Shown here piece by piece: positions 18,701 to 27,400 of a stretch of DNA of 46,316 bases. Position 1 is the stretch's first letter. Every line of letters begins with the position of its first letter. This DNA is from Candidatus Aenigmatarchaeota archaeon (GTDB lineage: Archaea; Aenigmatarchaeota; Aenigmatarchaeia; CG10238-14; SpSt-28), in the NCBI GenBank assembly GCA_039000985.1, contig JAWBMD010000006.1, forward strand, positions 1 through 46,316, written 5' to 3'. A program made the translations under genes and the position numbers. The notes under the pieces were generated by a model, which was not told the DNA's origin, did not search any database, and worked only from the letters and a program-made list of their open reading frames with translations.

Positions 18701-18990
18701 TAGCCTAGTATAAATCCAAAGCCTTGTTTAGCTTCCTCCTCCTCTTTTTCTATTTCTTTTTTTACTTTCTCCATCTCTTCATTGCTTAATAGTGTCCCGT
18801 CATTTCCAACTATTTCTTTAGCTTTATTGCAATATTCTTCTAATCCTGAAATTAGTATTATATATCCTTCTTTTCCTATTATTGAAGCATCTCTACTTTT
18901 TATACTTGCTAATGAAACTTTTTCATCCTTTTTTAATTTTTCCAATATAGATCGAAATTTGCTTTTTTCAACATGAAATACAACTTCCAT
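18700..18990 (-). CDS. Small hypothetical protein (96 aa)
   Basis: MEVVFHVEK...EEEEAKQGFGFILG; the longer ORF-track version runs through the tRNA, so the start was moved to ATG 18990. Confidence 0.7.
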   Translation of the reverse strand: MEVVFHVEKSKFRSILEKLKKDEKVSLASIKSRDASIIGKEGYIILISGLEEYCNKAKEIVGNDGTLLSNEEMEKVKKEIEKEEEEAKQGFGFILG

Positions 18991-18993
18991 ATT

Positions 18994-19068
18994 GGCCCGG
19001 CTTGGGATTTGAACCCAACCTTCGGGCTCCACAGGCCCGCGCGCTAACCAGGCTACGCCAACCGGGCC
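18994..19068 (-). tRNA. tRNA-His(GUG) with genome-encoded G-1, no encoded CCA
   Basis: G-GCCCGGT...GCCGGGC-C acceptor; D arm; anticodon arm CGGGC-CTGTGGA-GCCCG; T loop TTCAAAT. Confidence 0.96.
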
Positions 19069-19105
19069 ATCTCATATAAATAACTTATATCAGAAATATT
19101 AAATT

Positions 19106-19417
19106 ATGGTAGCAAGACCAATAAAGTTACTTATATATATGCTAGTAATTGTAGGAGCACTAGCATGGATGGTATACTTTAGTTCGGAATGGTTAACCGG
19201 TTTTGTAACGCTTGTAACTCGTGTATTACCATTAAGTGAGGACTGGCTAATTCACTTTGGAATAGTTGCTAATGCATCGATACCAATACTAATGCTTTTG
19301 TTTGCTGCACTACTTTTGTATTTGGAGTATAGCGATTGGAAAATAGAGAAAGAGTTGAAGGAAGAAGAGAAAAAATTAGAAAAAGAAGAGAAAAAAGCTA
19401 AGAAAACAAAAAAATAA
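19106..19417 (+). CDS. Hypothetical small membrane protein
   Basis: Two hydrophobic helices followed by a K/E-rich tail; TATAAATA ~23 nt upstream. Confidence 0.65.
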   Translation: MVARPIKLLIYMLVIVGALAWMVYFSSEWLTGFVTLVTRVLPLSEDWLIHFGIVANASIPILMLLFAALLLYLEYSDWKIEKELKEEEKKLEKEEKKAKKTKK

Positions 19418-19444
19418 TTTAAATACTTTTTTTCTTTTTTATTT

Positions 19445-19612
19445 ATGGCAATAGATACTTTATCTAAAAAAATTAAGCTTGCTAGATTTGCAAAGATAAA
19501 AGATGCTCCTAGATGGGCCGATATAAAAAAGTTTGGTCTTAAAAGAGCTAGAAGGAGAAGGATAATAGTTGCTAAGGAAACTAATTGGAGAAGAACTAAA
19601 ATAGAAATATAA
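19445..19612 (+). CDS. rpl39e: 50S ribosomal protein eL39 (not in ORF track)
   Basis: MAIDTLSKKIKLARFAKIKDAPRWADIKK...NWRRTKIEI; canonical position before eL31 and eIF6. Confidence 0.88.
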   Translation: MAIDTLSKKIKLARFAKIKDAPRWADIKKFGLKRARRRRIIVAKETNWRRTKIEI

Positions 19613-19836
19613 TGGAGGAAAAAGTTTTTGTTATTAATCTTAAAAAGAAAATAATAAGCGATCCTAAATGGAGGAGAAAGGAAATAATAGTAAGAGAATT
19701 AAAAAATATGTTTGGTAAAAAATATGATGAGGTAAAAATAGATAAAAAATTAAATGAATTAATATGGAAAACTGGCAAAACAAAAATAAGAATTTTAGCT
19801 AAAATAGAGGATAAAAAAATAACTTTATCTTGCTAA
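19612..19836 (+). CDS. rpl31e: 50S ribosomal protein eL31 (short)
   Basis: EKVFVINL, PKWRR, VKIDKKLNELIWK.G; synteny. Confidence 0.85.
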   Translation: MEEKVFVINLKKKIISDPKWRRKEIIVRELKNMFGKKYDEVKIDKKLNELIWKTGKTKIRILAKIEDKKITLSC

Positions 19837-20492
19837 TAACAAACTTTTTTTCCGAAATAAATCTTGGTTTGTATTGCAAATCTAGTGATAAGTTTTTTTT
19901 AATAGGGGAAGATTTTTCAAAATATATTAATTTAATAGAAAAAGAGCTGAAGGTAAGGGGATTTCCTTTAAAACTTTATAATTCAAATTTTATTGGCTTG
20001 TTTTCTTCGTTTAATTCAAATGGAATAATTTTGTCAAAGCTTTGTTATAAGAATGAAGTAGAGAAGATAAAAAAAGAGTTAGGAATTAATGTTTATGTTT
20101 CTAAATCAAAATATACAGCCATTGGAAATTTAATTGTAGCTAATGATAAAGGTTGCTTAATTAGTAAGAAAATTGAAAAAAAGGAAATAAAAGAAATAGA
20201 AAATGTGCTTGGAGTAGAGGTTGTTAGAGCTACTATAGCTCGTTTAGATTTAGTTGGTTCTATATGCGTAGCTACTAATAACTTTTGCTTATTACATAGA
20301 GATGCGAAAGAAAATGAAATCGAATTAGTTAAAGATGTTTTGAAAGTTGATGTGGGGATAGCTACTATAAATACAGGTTCTCCATATATAGGTTATGGTA
20401 TGGTGGCAAATTCAAATGGCTTTGTAGTTTCTGAGAAAACAACACCAGTTGAAATAAATAGGATTTTTGAGATAGTAGGTAAAAATATTTAA
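19830..20492 (+). CDS. eif6: Translation initiation factor aIF6
   Basis: IG..SSFNSNG, AIGNLIVANDKG, VGS.CVATN, TINTGSPYIG.GMVANSNG, TT.VEI.RI. Confidence 0.93.
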   Translation: MLITNFFSEINLGLYCKSSDKFFLIGEDFSKYINLIEKELKVRGFPLKLYNSNFIGLFSSFNSNGIILSKLCYKNEVEKIKKELGINVYVSKSKYTAIGNLIVANDKGCLISKKIEKKEIKEIENVLGVEVVRATIARLDLVGSICVATNNFCLLHRDAKENEIELVKDVLKVDVGIATINTGSPYIGYGMVANSNGFVVSEKTTPVEINRIFEIVGKNI

Positions 20493-20514
20493 ATATATTA
20501 ATCATTAATTTATT

Positions 20515-20616
20515 ATGGCTTTTGAAGAAGACGAAGATATTGAAGAAGAGGAAGAAGGTTGGGAAGAGGAGGAAGAAGAACTTGAAGAAGATATAGAAGA
20601 GGAAGAGGAGTTCTAG
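20515..20616 (+). CDS. 33-aa highly acidic microprotein (not in ORF track)
   Basis: MAFEEDEDIEEEEEGWEEEEEELEEDIEEEEEF*; mixed GAA/GAG codons; TTTAAATA at 20488-20495; T-tract downstream. Confidence 0.6.
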   Translation: MAFEEDEDIEEEEEGWEEEEEELEEDIEEEEEF

Positions 20617-20619
20617 AAA

Positions 20620-20646
20620 TCTTCTTCTTTTTTATTTTTTTGTTTG
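20620..20646 (+). terminator. Oligo-T tract after acidic microprotein
   Basis: TCTTCTTCTTTTTTATTTTTTGTTT directly after the TAG, archaeal-type U-rich terminator. Confidence 0.4.
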
Positions 20647-20649
20647 AAA

Positions 20650-21695
20650 ATTAAAAATTTTTATTATTTTTTCTATTGTCTTTGCTAAAATACCAACATG
20701 TTAAATGGCATTACACATCTATATCCATTTCTAATAGCTATTTCAAATTTTCTATCTAGTATATCGGCTAAATTATGGCTACGCATACCTTTAATATTAA
20801 AAGAAATAAAGCCAACCTCCTTTCTACATTCTCTAGACCATATATTTCAACTTCGTTTTTTAATCTTTCTAAAGCATATTTTGTTATTTAAATATCATGC
20901 TTTCTAATTTTTTTATCCCAATCTTTTGTAAATATTTAATAGCTTCTCCAAAACCTATAGCACCAGCTATGTTTGAAGTACCATATCTGAACTTATATGG
21001 TAAATTGTTCCATTTTATATTTTTTATTATTACTTCTCCAATCATTTCCCCACCCATTAAGGATGGTTCCATTTCTTCTAATATTTCTTTTTTCCATATA
21101 AAACACCTATTCCAGTAGGACCAAGCATTTTATGCACACTAAATGCTAAAAAATCATATTCAATTTTTTAACATTTATTTCCATATGAGGAACAGATTGG
21201 GTAGCATCTATTAAAGCAATAGAATTATTTTTATGAGCTATTTTAACTATTTCCTCACATCATTAATAGTTCCGGGTATGTTCGAAACATGTGTAACAGC
21301 AATTATTTTTATTGTTAAACCATCGTAATTTAAAAGATATTCATCACTTATATCAACAACTCTAAATTCTAAATTATTTAATTTGCATAAATATTACCAT
21401 GGTATAAAATTTGAATGATGTTCCATTATTATTTTTAAAGGAATAAGCAACTAAATTAATAGCTTTTGTGATATCTCTAACAAAAATTATTTCTTCTTTT
21501 TTACATTTATTAACTTTGAAATTATTTCTCTAGATTTTTCAAACATTTCTGTATCTTCTTCTCCAATCGTGTGAATATTTCTATGAATGTTTGCACTAGC
21601 TTTTATTACTTGATTAGTTTTTATGTTGTTGCAACATTGTCCAAATAAACCAATCTTTTTAATATTGGAAAATCTTTTTTAACTTTCAAATACAT
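20650..21695 (-). pseudogene. sufS: Cysteine desulfurase SufS pseudogene
   Basis: MYLKVKKDFPIL..VYLDNVATT*, ANIHR, EIIFV, EHHSNF.PW, AFSVHKMLGPTGIG, GGEMI, GTSNIAG, IAIRNGYRC; many stops, frameshifts and deletions; 3' end approximate. Confidence 0.9.
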
Positions 21696-22581
21696 GAAAA
21701 TAGTTTATTATTGGTAATTTAAATCTTTCAAAATCATCAGGAAAAATTCTTGGACAGGCACAATTTATTAACAAATCTAATTTTAAACCTTCTATTTTTT
21801 CTTGACTTATTTCATCAAAAGCCAATATATAACATTTCTTGCCATTTTTTTCTAAATATTTTTTTAGTTTAAATGGATCATAAAACATTTGACCTCTTTT
21901 CCAGCTAACTAATATTCCTATGGTATTAGCATTTTTTAACATCGATTTATTCCATGCTATTATTTTCTCAAATTTTTTTATTTCATCGGAAATATCAACT
22001 ATTTTATTTTTGTCTAAATCGAAAACTAAAATAGGTTTTTCAAATTTTTTTAGAGATAAAGCATAAAATTTTCCAGAAGTTATTACAAGTACTCCATCCA
22101 CCTTTTTTTCTATAGATTTAGCGGAGGATATATTGCAACCCAAAATTTGACCTTCATATTCCAAAGTTTTAGATATGAAAACTTTTTTACCCATTTTTTT
22201 CAAATACTTTTTAATTTTTCTTAGTATAGGGAGAAAATTCACATTGCATACCAAACCAATTTTTTCCCATTCTATTTTGTTTAGCTCATTATAATCGATA
22301 TCTTTATCTATAAAATATTCGTAATAAATCGTTTTCAACTTCGTTTTTATACCAAAATTTGCATGACCAATGTGTAGTATTGTATCACATTTCATTGCTT
22401 TTGCTTCATTTTCTCTAACATCGCACGCACCATATGTATTTTCCATACAAAGAACAACTTCAAATCCATTTTCTTCCAAATTTTCTGCTATACTTAAAAT
22501 ATCTTTTTTAAACCCTTCTGCAAATTGAATAAATATTCTTTTGCTTTTGATTTTATTCAATTTTTCTATTAAATCTTTCAC
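21679..22581 (-). CDS. dph2: Diphthamide biosynthesis enzyme Dph2
   Basis: IQFAEG, YGACD, HIGH, GQILGC, GQ, ACPRI; all three Fe-S cysteines present. Confidence 0.93.
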   Translation of the reverse strand: MKDLIEKLNKIKSKRIFIQFAEGFKKDILSIAENLEENGFEVVLCMENTYGACDVRENEAKAMKCDTILHIGHANFGIKTKLKTIYYEYFIDKDIDYNELNKIEWEKIGLVCNVNFLPILRKIKKYLKKMGKKVFISKTLEYEGQILGCNISSAKSIEKKVDGVLVITSGKFYALSLKKFEKPILVFDLDKNKIVDISDEIKKFEKIIAWNKSMLKNANTIGILVSWKRGQMFYDPFKLKKYLEKNGKKCYILAFDEISQEKIEGLKLDLLINCACPRIFPDDFERFKLPIINYFHVFES

Positions 22582-22610
22582 AATTTATTTAGAATTGGGA
22601 AAATATATAT

Positions 22611-24356
22611 GTGGTTAAAGATTTGAGAAAAATTATTAAAATAGCAAAAAAGGGTTATGAAAAATCTATAACAAAGGAAGAAAAGATAACAAAACTTAAA
22701 GTTGAAGTCCCCGAAATAAAAGCTGGTAAAATAGAAATTCCTGAAGCGAGAATATCGTATGAAAAAGGGGTTGAAGAAATTAAAAAAAGTAAGGGTATTT
22801 CTATTCCAGAATTTTCGAAAGCCACGTTCGGCATTAGGGAAAAAGTTGTAGAAGAGGAGGAAAAGGTTTCTTTAACATATCCTTTAATTCCAAAATCTCC
22901 TTCTAAAGGAGAAAGAGTATATGCTTATGTTAAAATATATTGGGATGTTAAAAATCACAGATATATTTATGAGTTGGTTGAACCATCATTAACAATACAA
23001 CAAAAAGCATTATTGGAAAAAATGAAGTATTTGATAGAACAAAGACTAGAAATAGATGTTTCAAGGTTAAAAAAAGAGGAAGCAATAGCTTTTTTGAGAA
23101 AAGCTTTTGAAGAAATAATCTCATCTTATAAAATAAGAATTAGTTCCGATGAAAAAGACATTTTCCTTTACTTTATTCAAAGAGACTATATCGGTCTTGG
23201 AAAAATAGAACCTTTGATGCAGGATGATAATTTAGAAGATATTAGTTGTGATGGTGTAAATATTCCAATTTTTGTTTTTCATAGAAATCCGAAAATAGGT
23301 TCTGTAGTTACAAATGTAGTATTTGAAAATGCTGATGAATTAGACTCTTTCATTTTAAGATTAGCTCAATTATGTGGTAAATCAGTTTCGATATTAAATC
23401 CATTTTTAAATGGTTCTTTACCGGATGGAACCAGAGTTCAAGCAACTTTAGCAACAGATATAGCGAGGAGAGGCAGCAATTTTACTTTGAGAAAATTTAC
23501 ACAAAAACCTTTAACTCCAGCGCATTTATTAACTTATAATACTTTAGATGTTAAAATGTTAGCATATTTATGGTTAGCTGTAGAATATGGACAAAGTATT
23601 TTAGTTTGTGGAGGTACTGCTAGTGGTAAAACTTCATTATTAAATATTTTATCCATGTTTATTAAGCAAGATAAAAAAATAGTTTCAATAGAGGATACAG
23701 CTGAAATAAAATTGTTACATCCCCATTGGATTCCACATGTAGCTAGAACAGCTATAGCAACTAAAGAAGGGGAAGTAGATTTATTTGCTCTTTTAAAAGA
23801 AAGCCTAAGACAAAGACCAGATTATATAATAGTTGGAGAGGTTAGAGGACCAGAGGCATTTGTATTGTTTCAGGAAATGGCTACTGGCCACCCAAGTTTA
23901 GCTACTATACATGCTGAAAATCTTCCAAAGCTTATAGATAGATTAACAACACCACCAATAAATTTACCACCATCTTTAATACAATCTGTTGATATACTAG
24001 TTTTTATTTCTCAAACTAGATATAGGGAAAAACTAGTTAGAAGAATTACAGAAATTTATGAAATAATAGGTTTTGATAGAACAAGTAGTTCACCAATTGT
24101 AAACTTAGTTTTTAAATGGGATCCTTTAAATGATAAATTTGATACAGTTAATCCAAGCTTTATAGTTAGGAAAATTTCAGAAAGATGGGGTATAAGTGAA
24201 AGAGAAATTACAAATGAATTATCACGAAGAATGCTTGTATTGAATTGGGTAAAAGAGAAAAATATTCTTGATTATGAAAATCTTTACAAAGTTATTACTG
24301 CATATTATAATTTTCCAGATAAGCTAATAGAAATAATAAAATCTTCCTCTACTTAA
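22611..24356 (+). CDS. Type II/IV secretion / pilus assembly ATPase (FlaI/TadA/VirB11 family)
   Basis: GGTASGKT Walker A, SIEDTAE, LRQRPDYIIVGEVRG, ATGH..TIHA. Confidence 0.93.
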   Translation: MVKDLRKIIKIAKKGYEKSITKEEKITKLKVEVPEIKAGKIEIPEARISYEKGVEEIKKSKGISIPEFSKATFGIREKVVEEEEKVSLTYPLIPKSPSKGERVYAYVKIYWDVKNHRYIYELVEPSLTIQQKALLEKMKYLIEQRLEIDVSRLKKEEAIAFLRKAFEEIISSYKIRISSDEKDIFLYFIQRDYIGLGKIEPLMQDDNLEDISCDGVNIPIFVFHRNPKIGSVVTNVVFENADELDSFILRLAQLCGKSVSILNPFLNGSLPDGTRVQATLATDIARRGSNFTLRKFTQKPLTPAHLLTYNTLDVKMLAYLWLAVEYGQSILVCGGTASGKTSLLNILSMFIKQDKKIVSIEDTAEIKLLHPHWIPHVARTAIATKEGEVDLFALLKESLRQRPDYIIVGEVRGPEAFVLFQEMATGHPSLATIHAENLPKLIDRLTTPPINLPPSLIQSVDILVFISQTRYREKLVRRITEIYEIIGFDRTSSSPIVNLVFKWDPLNDKFDTVNPSFIVRKISERWGISEREITNELSRRMLVLNWVKEKNILDYENLYKVITAYYNFPDKLIEIIKSSST

Positions 24357-26685
24357 TTCTTTTAACTATACTTTCTTGCAATTCATCGCTTTCAACTCTA
24401 TATGTTATAGAGGATTGTATATCTTGCATGGATTCTTCATGTGTAATCAAAATTATTTGATCTACAAATTTCGATAAACTCGAATTTAAACTATTTCTTA
24501 AAAATTCTATTGCTTTTTCATCTAGGTTATGAGTAGGTTCATCCAATAATAAAATTTTTATGTTTGGAGCAGTAAAAGATGCTAAAGCAATTCTAAAACA
24601 TAAATTTGCTAATGTTTGCTCCCCACCACTACATTTGCTTAACTCATACCATCTATCAAAATTATCTTTTATTTTAATTACATAATCATCATTTTCATAA
24701 GTTACTTGTATATCCGTATATTTAGAATATGGATAAAGCTCTCTCCAAACTTGAGAAAGTATGTAGTTTGAGTTTGTTATGAAATAGTTTCTAACATCAT
24801 TTTGAGCTAATAGTAATGATTTTATAAATTTCTGGATAAAATTAAAATATTTTTCCAATAGTTTTATTTCAGATTCTATTTTCTCTATTTTCTCTATTTC
24901 TATTTCCAAATCTTCTAAATTTTTTTCTATTACTTTTCCTTCTCCTTTTAATTTTTCGTTTTCTATTTCTATTTTGTGAATTTCATTTCTCTTTATTTCC
25001 GAAAGTTTTTTAAGTTCTTCGATATTTGGTGGTATTTTTGATTCTAAAATCTTTATTTTTTCAATTAATTCTTTAGCTTCATTTATTTTAGCTTCTTTAT
25101 ATAAAATTTTTCTTTCAAGTTCTTCAAATTTTTCAAGTTTTTTTTCATATTTTTTTGCTAAACTTTCTAATTCTTTGATATTTTCTTCTATTCTTTCTTT
25201 TTTATTTTTCAGTTTCTCCCTTTCTTCCATTGCTTTAAATATTTTATTATTCAGCATAGTTATTTCACTTTTCAAGTTTTCAATATTTTTTTCTTTTTCT
25301 TCAAGACTTTCTAATGACTTTTTAATTTCTTTATACATTTCAACAGATTTTTCAATTTCTGGTATTTGACTTTCAATTTCTTTTATATTTTTTTCAATTT
25401 CCGCTAATCTCGACTTTATATTAAACAAATGCTTTTCTCTATGCAATATTAGATTCTTCTTTTTCTCTTCACTTAAATCACTTTCACAAATTGGACATTT
25501 AGTTTTTGTAAGCTTTAATGTTTCTAAAATAGATTCTAATTCTTTAATTTCAGCTATTATCTTGTATTTCTCTTCTTTATGTTTTTTCAATTTCTCTTCT
25601 TTATCTTTTAAAAATTTTTCTGGAAATTGTGTATAGAATGCCTCTATATTTTTCATTTTTTCTTTGAGTTTATTTAGTTCTTCTAGTTCTTTTTTTAATT
25701 TTTCGATTTCATCTTTTTTTATTTCCACCTCTTTTTCAAGAGAGCCTAACATTTTGTTAATGTTTTCTGTTTCTTTTGTTATATTGTTGCTTTCATTTTT
25801 CAAGTTTTCTAATTCAGCTTCCCATTTTTTATAATTTTCCTCTATTTCATCTTTTTTTAATCCACTTAACTCATAGTTTAAACTCTCTATTTCATTTGAT
25901 AGTTGTTCTATAAATCCGGCTAGTTTTTTTTCTTCAAGTTTAATTTCATTTAGTATTTTTATATTTTCTTCAGCCTCTTTAATAATTTTATCAATTTTTT
26001 CATATTCAGATTTCAATTCAGACAAAATAGATGAGTTTTTTATTATTTTTGCTTTTATTTCGTTTAGTTCGATTTCTTTTTCATTTCTTTCTTTTATCAA
26101 TTCTTCTTTATCAATTTCTTTTATCTCGATTTTTTTATCTTCTATAATATATTTAATTCTGTTTGATAATGTTGTTGCATTTTCTCTTACTTTTTCTAAA
26201 ACATCTATAAATAATATTTCATCTATTTTTGCTTTTCTTTGTGAAGGCGGTAGCTTGAAAAATAAATCTAAATTGTTTTGTTCACAATATATAACATTCA
26301 TGAATGTTTTAGATTTTATTTTTAACAAATCCTCTATAAAACTATTAACTCTTTCACTTCCGCTTTCTTTTAAAGTTCCATTTACATATAATCTAGCATT
26401 TGTTTTATTTTTTTCTATTTCTCTAATTATTAGATATTCTTTGTTATCTTGAGAAAATTTTAATTCAACTCTAGCAAAATCTTCTTTTTTTGGCCTATCT
26501 TTTATAAGATGTTCTAGCTTTCCAATATTTGCAAGAGAACCAAATAAAGAAAATGCTATAGCTTCCAATATAGAAGATTTTCCACTACCCATATTACCAA
26601 TTACTATTGTTATTCCTTTATCAAAGCTAAGTTCACTTTCTTTATGACTTTTCCAGTTTTTTAGTTTTATTTTTGTTATTAACAT
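24349..26685 (-). CDS. rad50: Rad50 SMC-like ATPase
   Basis: LKNWKSH, GNMGSGKSS, Q-loop, coiled coils with CPIC zinc hook, SGGE signature, LLDEPT, LITH. Confidence 0.92.
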   Translation of the reverse strand: MLITKIKLKNWKSHKESELSFDKGITIVIGNMGSGKSSILEAIAFSLFGSLANIGKLEHLIKDRPKKEDFARVELKFSQDNKEYLIIREIEKNKTNARLYVNGTLKESGSERVNSFIEDLLKIKSKTFMNVIYCEQNNLDLFFKLPPSQRKAKIDEILFIDVLEKVRENATTLSNRIKYIIEDKKIEIKEIDKEELIKERNEKEIELNEIKAKIIKNSSILSELKSEYEKIDKIIKEAEENIKILNEIKLEEKKLAGFIEQLSNEIESLNYELSGLKKDEIEENYKKWEAELENLKNESNNITKETENINKMLGSLEKEVEIKKDEIEKLKKELEELNKLKEKMKNIEAFYTQFPEKFLKDKEEKLKKHKEEKYKIIAEIKELESILETLKLTKTKCPICESDLSEEKKKNLILHREKHLFNIKSRLAEIEKNIKEIESQIPEIEKSVEMYKEIKKSLESLEEKEKNIENLKSEITMLNNKIFKAMEEREKLKNKKERIEENIKELESLAKKYEKKLEKFEELERKILYKEAKINEAKELIEKIKILESKIPPNIEELKKLSEIKRNEIHKIEIENEKLKGEGKVIEKNLEDLEIEIEKIEKIESEIKLLEKYFNFIQKFIKSLLLAQNDVRNYFITNSNYILSQVWRELYPYSKYTDIQVTYENDDYVIKIKDNFDRWYELSKCSGGEQTLANLCFRIALASFTAPNIKILLLDEPTHNLDEKAIEFLRNSLNSSLSKFVDQIILITHEESMQDIQSSITYRVESDELQESIVKRIK

Positions 26686-27400
26686 GTTCAATAATTTTTT
26701 TAACTATATTTTTGTTTCCGGCTATAAGATTCTTTTTTTCAAAATCAAAATGATATTCTCCATTAAATTCCAAAAATTTCCCACCAGCATTTTCTACTAA
26801 AATTTTTCCTGGCATATAATCCCAAATGAAGCAATTTTTCATTATTGATGCATCTATTTTAGAAGAAGCTGTATAAGCTAAAGAAATTCCAGCAGAAGCA
26901 AAGCATCTTCTAAAAAGACATTTTAAGCTAATTAGCTTTTCATCTATTATTGCTTTGGTTCCAAAATCTATTATTGCTTTATTTAAATCATTTTTTTCAG
27001 AAACTTTTATTTCTTTTTTGTTTAAAAAGCTTTTTTTGTTTATTGAGAAAAATAATTCTTTTGTTATTGGTAGATATATTATTGATATATTTTGTTGAGA
27101 CAAAAATGCTATTTGCGTGCAAAAAATCGGAATTCCTAAATGAAAATTAATTGTACCATCTAATGGATCTATAATCAAAATATCGCTTTCATTTCCTATA
27201 GTACCTTTTTCCTCTGTGATTATTTTCACATCTAAATTCGAAAATTCCGACAAGTAAATTTCTTCAGCAATTAAATCTGCTTTAATTGAAAAATCTCCAT
27301 TGTTTTTCATTTCAACTTTTTCTATTCCTTCTCTATTGTAAAACACTTCTTTTAGATATTTACCAACTTTTTTAACTGCAGAGAAAAGTATTCTTTTCAT
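26642..27400 (-). CDS. Inositol monophosphatase / FBPase / PAP-phosphatase superfamily protein
   Basis: AD..AE, TEE, IIDPLDGTINF, WD..G..LVENAGG. Confidence 0.9.
   Translation of the reverse strand: MKRILFSAVKKVGKYLKEVFYNREGIEKVEMKNNGDFSIKADLIAEEIYLSEFSNLDVKIITEEKGTIGNESDILIIDPLDGTINFHLGIPIFCTQIAFLSQQNISIIYLPITKELFFSINKKSFLNKKEIKVSEKNDLNKAIIDFGTKAIIDEKLISLKCLFRRCFASAGISLAYTASSKIDASIMKNCFIWDYMPGKILVENAGGKFLEFNGEYHFDFEKKNLIAGNKNIVKKIIEHVNNKNKTKKLEKS

Noticed and set aside
18991-19032. N-terminal extension of ORF 18700..19032
   Set aside because: Reads through the tRNA-His gene; ATG 18990 is the plausible start
20698-21118. Short ORFs 20698, 20884 and 20897 as independent genes
   Set aside because: Fragments or antisense shadows of the sufS pseudogene
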